28,976 bases of DNA, taken from contig JBBQPO010000043.1 in NCBI GenBank assembly GCA_038217285.1, positions 1 to 28,976 on the forward strand, read 5' to 3'. The translations under genes were made by a program, and so were the position numbers. Under the pieces are notes generated by a model, which was given only the letters and a program-made list of their open reading frames with translations, had not been told where the DNA came from and made no database searches. The DNA is from Chthonomonadales bacterium. GTDB taxonomy: Bacteria > Armatimonadota > Chthonomonadetes > Chthonomonadales > Chthonomonadaceae. Below, piece by piece: positions 26,429 to 28,976 of this stretch. Numbering within the stretch: the first letter of the stretch is position 1; each line of letters starts with the position of its first letter.

Positions 26429-27793
26429 ATGACTATCACGGGTATGATCCCCTCAACATCCGAGCCACAGGACCATCTGGCGACGCTGCTTCAACTCGGT
26501 CAACTGCTGAATTCCAGCCTTGACCTGCATCATGTTCTGGAAACGGCGATAGAACAGGTCATCACCTTTGTCGGCGCGGAACGCGGCTTCATTCTGCTCG
26601 TGGAGATCGAAACCGGAAAGTTCGTCGGGGAAGCGGTTCGGAACATCGACCGCGAGGCTCTTGAAGCCACTCTGGCAGATCGCGACCAGGCCAATCGCGC
26701 GGAGATCAGCCGCACCATCGTCCAGAATGTGCTGACCACCCGACAGCCGGTCGTCTCGGTCAACGCGATGGACGACCCACGTTTCGCCGCTGCGGTGAGT
26801 GTTCAGTTCGCCAACCTGCGTTCGGTGCTCTGCGTTCCGCTGGTGGCACAGGGCCGACTGCTCGGCATCATCTACCTCGATAACCGCATTCGTACCGCCC
26901 TGTTCACGGAGCACCATCTCTCGATGCTTCTCGCCTTCGCGAATCAGGCTGCCGTCGCCATCGAAAACGCCCGACTTTACGACAATCTGCGGCGTTCGCT
27001 GGAGGAACGGCTTCATCTGCAGGATGCTCTCCACCGGCAGGAGACCCAACGGCTGGCCGTGGAAGAGGCGAGCCGCCTCAAATCGGACTTCATCGGCTTC
27101 GTGGCCCATGAGCTGCGAAATCCGCTCACGACGATCCGTGGGTATGTTCAGACCCTGATGCAGGATACCGAGGGAACTCTGGGCGACGACGTGCGCGACG
27201 AGTTTTACGAGGCCATCGAGGCCGACTCGGATCGCCTGCTCGACATGATCAACGAACTCCTGGATGTCTCCCGTCTGGAGGCCGGACGGCCGCTTTCCGT
27301 GTCCTACAGCGAGTTCGAACTTCGTCCTCTGCTCGAAAAACTCGTCCGACGCCACCGATTTTACAAGTTCTTCACACGCAATCACGTTCTGGACACGGAC
27401 ATCGCGCCGGATCTGCCGATCACTATCGAAGCGGACGAGGACAAGTTGAATCAGGTGTTTTCGAACCTGCTCAGCAACGCCATCAAATACTCTCCCAACG
27501 GCGGCGCCATCACCCTGACGGCTCGGCGCGATGGTGATCATCATGTCAAGATCCAGGTGAAAGACGCAGGCCTCGGCATGACGGAGGAACAGGCCGGTCG
27601 TCTGTTCCGCCAGTATGAGCGTGTGGAGCGAGACGACATTCGCAATATCCCCGGCACCGGGCTCGGCCTCTATCTGGTAAAGCATCTCGTCGAACTTCAT
27701 GGCGGCGAAGTCTCCTGCGAGAGCGCGCCGGGCAAAGGCAGCCTGTTTACGGTTCGCCTGCCCGTCCGCCGAGTACCGGCTGTCGTCCTATAA
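26429..27793 (+). CDS. Soluble GAF-domain sensor histidine kinase
   Basis: GAF (GAERG, ISRTIV, DDPRF, SVLCVPL, IYLDN), H-box HELRNPL, N-box NLLSNAIKYS, G1 DAGLG, G2 GTGLGL. Confidence 0.93.
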   Translation: MTITGMIPSTSEPQDHLATLLQLGQLLNSSLDLHHVLETAIEQVITFVGAERGFILLVEIETGKFVGEAVRNIDREALEATLADRDQANRAEISRTIVQNVLTTRQPVVSVNAMDDPRFAAAVSVQFANLRSVLCVPLVAQGRLLGIIYLDNRIRTALFTEHHLSMLLAFANQAAVAIENARLYDNLRRSLEERLHLQDALHRQETQRLAVEEASRLKSDFIGFVAHELRNPLTTIRGYVQTLMQDTEGTLGDDVRDEFYEAIEADSDRLLDMINELLDVSRLEAGRPLSVSYSEFELRPLLEKLVRRHRFYKFFTRNHVLDTDIAPDLPITIEADEDKLNQVFSNLLSNAIKYSPNGGAITLTARRDGDHHVKIQVKDAGLGMTEEQAGRLFRQYERVERDDIRNIPGTGLGLYLVKHLVELHGGEVSCESAPGKGSLFTVRLPVRRVPAVVL

Positions 27794-27880
27794 AAGCGGG
27801 CAGGTTTTTCCGTGGCATTGTCGAAATAGTCGAGGTGGAGCGCTCTGCTCCACCTCTTTCGTCATCGGAAGGAAGTCGCC

Positions 27881-28717
27881 GTGTCGGACACTGTAGCAGA
27901 AGCCCCCTCTCCTCCCCCGGAACAGACTTCGTCGCCCTCTGCCGCCCCGCGTCCTCTGTTGCCAGGCCCCCTCCGACAGTTGATGACGCGCATATCGGGC
28001 TGGGGCTTCTACCTGGCGACCACGCTGATCGTCGAGGCTTTTCTGTTTTTCGAGTGTACGCTGGATGTACGCATCTACGGGTTGGAGAAGTTGCGGGAGG
28101 TGAAGCGCAGCGGTCGAAATCCCCTGCTGGTGATCTGGCATGGGCAGGGAATGCTGCCCATGGCGACCTTTCGCAACGAACAGCTCTGTCTCTACGCCTC
28201 TCATGCCCGCGACCCAAACTATAAGAAATATCTTCAGGCGATTCGCTGGTGGACACTGCGGTTCATCGAGCGCATGGGGTACCGTGTGCTGGATGCTTCC
28301 CAGTTCAAGAGCGAATCGCGGGGCGTGATGAATTTCATAGACATACTTCGGAGCGGTACGGGCTCGGTGATCGCGGCGGACGGCCCGCAGGGACCGATCT
28401 ATCATGCCAAGGCCGGACCAACGTTTCTGGCGAAGAAGGCCGATGTCGTGCTGGTTCCGCTCGGCGTGGTGATCTCGGGCGGATTCGAGCTGGACCAGTG
28501 GGATCGCTTCGAGATTCCGTGGCCGTTCGCGCGCGGTGTCATCGTTATCGGGGAGCCAATCGTGGTTTCGGCAAAAGCGAGAGATGCCGAGCTTGAGGCC
28601 GCGCGGCGCGAGCTCGAAACGCGTATGAACGCCCTGACCGAAGAGGCTCGCATGCGCATCGGTTTCCCCATCGCGGTACGATCCGCACATAAACCGGACG
28701 AAACGCTGCAAACGTGA
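27881..28717 (+). CDS. DUF374 / lysophospholipid acyltransferase-family protein
   Basis: IWHG, SHARD, ADGPQGP, WDRFEIPWPF. GTG start after ggaagg. Confidence 0.75.
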   Translation: MSDTVAEAPSPPPEQTSSPSAAPRPLLPGPLRQLMTRISGWGFYLATTLIVEAFLFFECTLDVRIYGLEKLREVKRSGRNPLLVIWHGQGMLPMATFRNEQLCLYASHARDPNYKKYLQAIRWWTLRFIERMGYRVLDASQFKSESRGVMNFIDILRSGTGSVIAADGPQGPIYHAKAGPTFLAKKADVVLVPLGVVISGGFELDQWDRFEIPWPFARGVIVIGEPIVVSAKARDAELEAARRELETRMNALTEEARMRIGFPIAVRSAHKPDETLQT

Positions 28718-28726
28718 CCAATCGAT

Positions 28727-28960
28727 TTAGAGCCGGTGCAGCAGTTGCAAGGCGAGGACCAGCAGCGAGACGAGGGTGAGGCCGATCAGCAGAGGATAGA
28801 GCAGGAACAGCCAGGGGGAGCCCGCAAGACCGGTAACGAGAAACAGCCCACCGCCGCCGACCACGACGCCGCAAAGACTGAGGCCAACTAGGCGACCGCG
28901 AAAACGGACTTTATGGAGATGGGACCGGCGCTCTGTTCCGCGCTCTTCTTCGGCGCTCAT
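28727..28960 (-). CDS. Small two-TM membrane protein (77 aa)
   Basis: SD ggag, charged N-terminus, two hydrophobic helices, stop convergent with the neighbouring gene. Confidence 0.55.
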   Translation of the reverse strand: MSAEEERGTERRSHLHKVRFRGRLVGLSLCGVVVGGGGLFLVTGLAGSPWLFLLYPLLIGLTLVSLLVLALQLLHRL

Positions 28961-28976
28961 TCCGCTGTCTCCGCAT

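Noticed and set aside
1-28976. tRNA, rRNA, CRISPR array, transposase, integrase or phage genes
   Set aside because: None seen; intergenic spaces are short and the long ORFs have housekeeping or envelope assignments.

Overview
GC-rich bacterial chromosomal window with dense coding and no rRNA, tRNA, CRISPR or mobile element that I can see. A diderm (TolC present); gene style suggests Armatimonadota, but that is inference only. Left to right: end of a surface-glycan operon (rfbB, rfaE2-like adenylyltransferase, decaprenyl-phosphate phosphoribosyltransferase, rfbD); a minus-strand MarR / TolC / adaptor / MacB-type permease / secreted Gly-rich protein / ATPase / small membrane protein cluster; a minus-strand efp / Cys-rich membrane protein / accB-like / pilin-like / accC / SGNH hydrolase cluster; then plus-strand rqcH, hemC-nadB-ung-cobA/hemD-hemB, a membrane Ser/Thr kinase, a GAF histidine kinase and a DUF374 acyltransferase. 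The most unusual item is the accB-like protein, which lacks the biotinylation lysine (IQAVSL in place of IEAMKM) and the thumb loop. It lies next to a biotin carboxylase with a Y82I change in the biotin pocket, with a Cys3His pilin-like gene between them. The MarR gene carries an in-frame amber stop, and the secreted protein gene is frameshifted in a G11 run.
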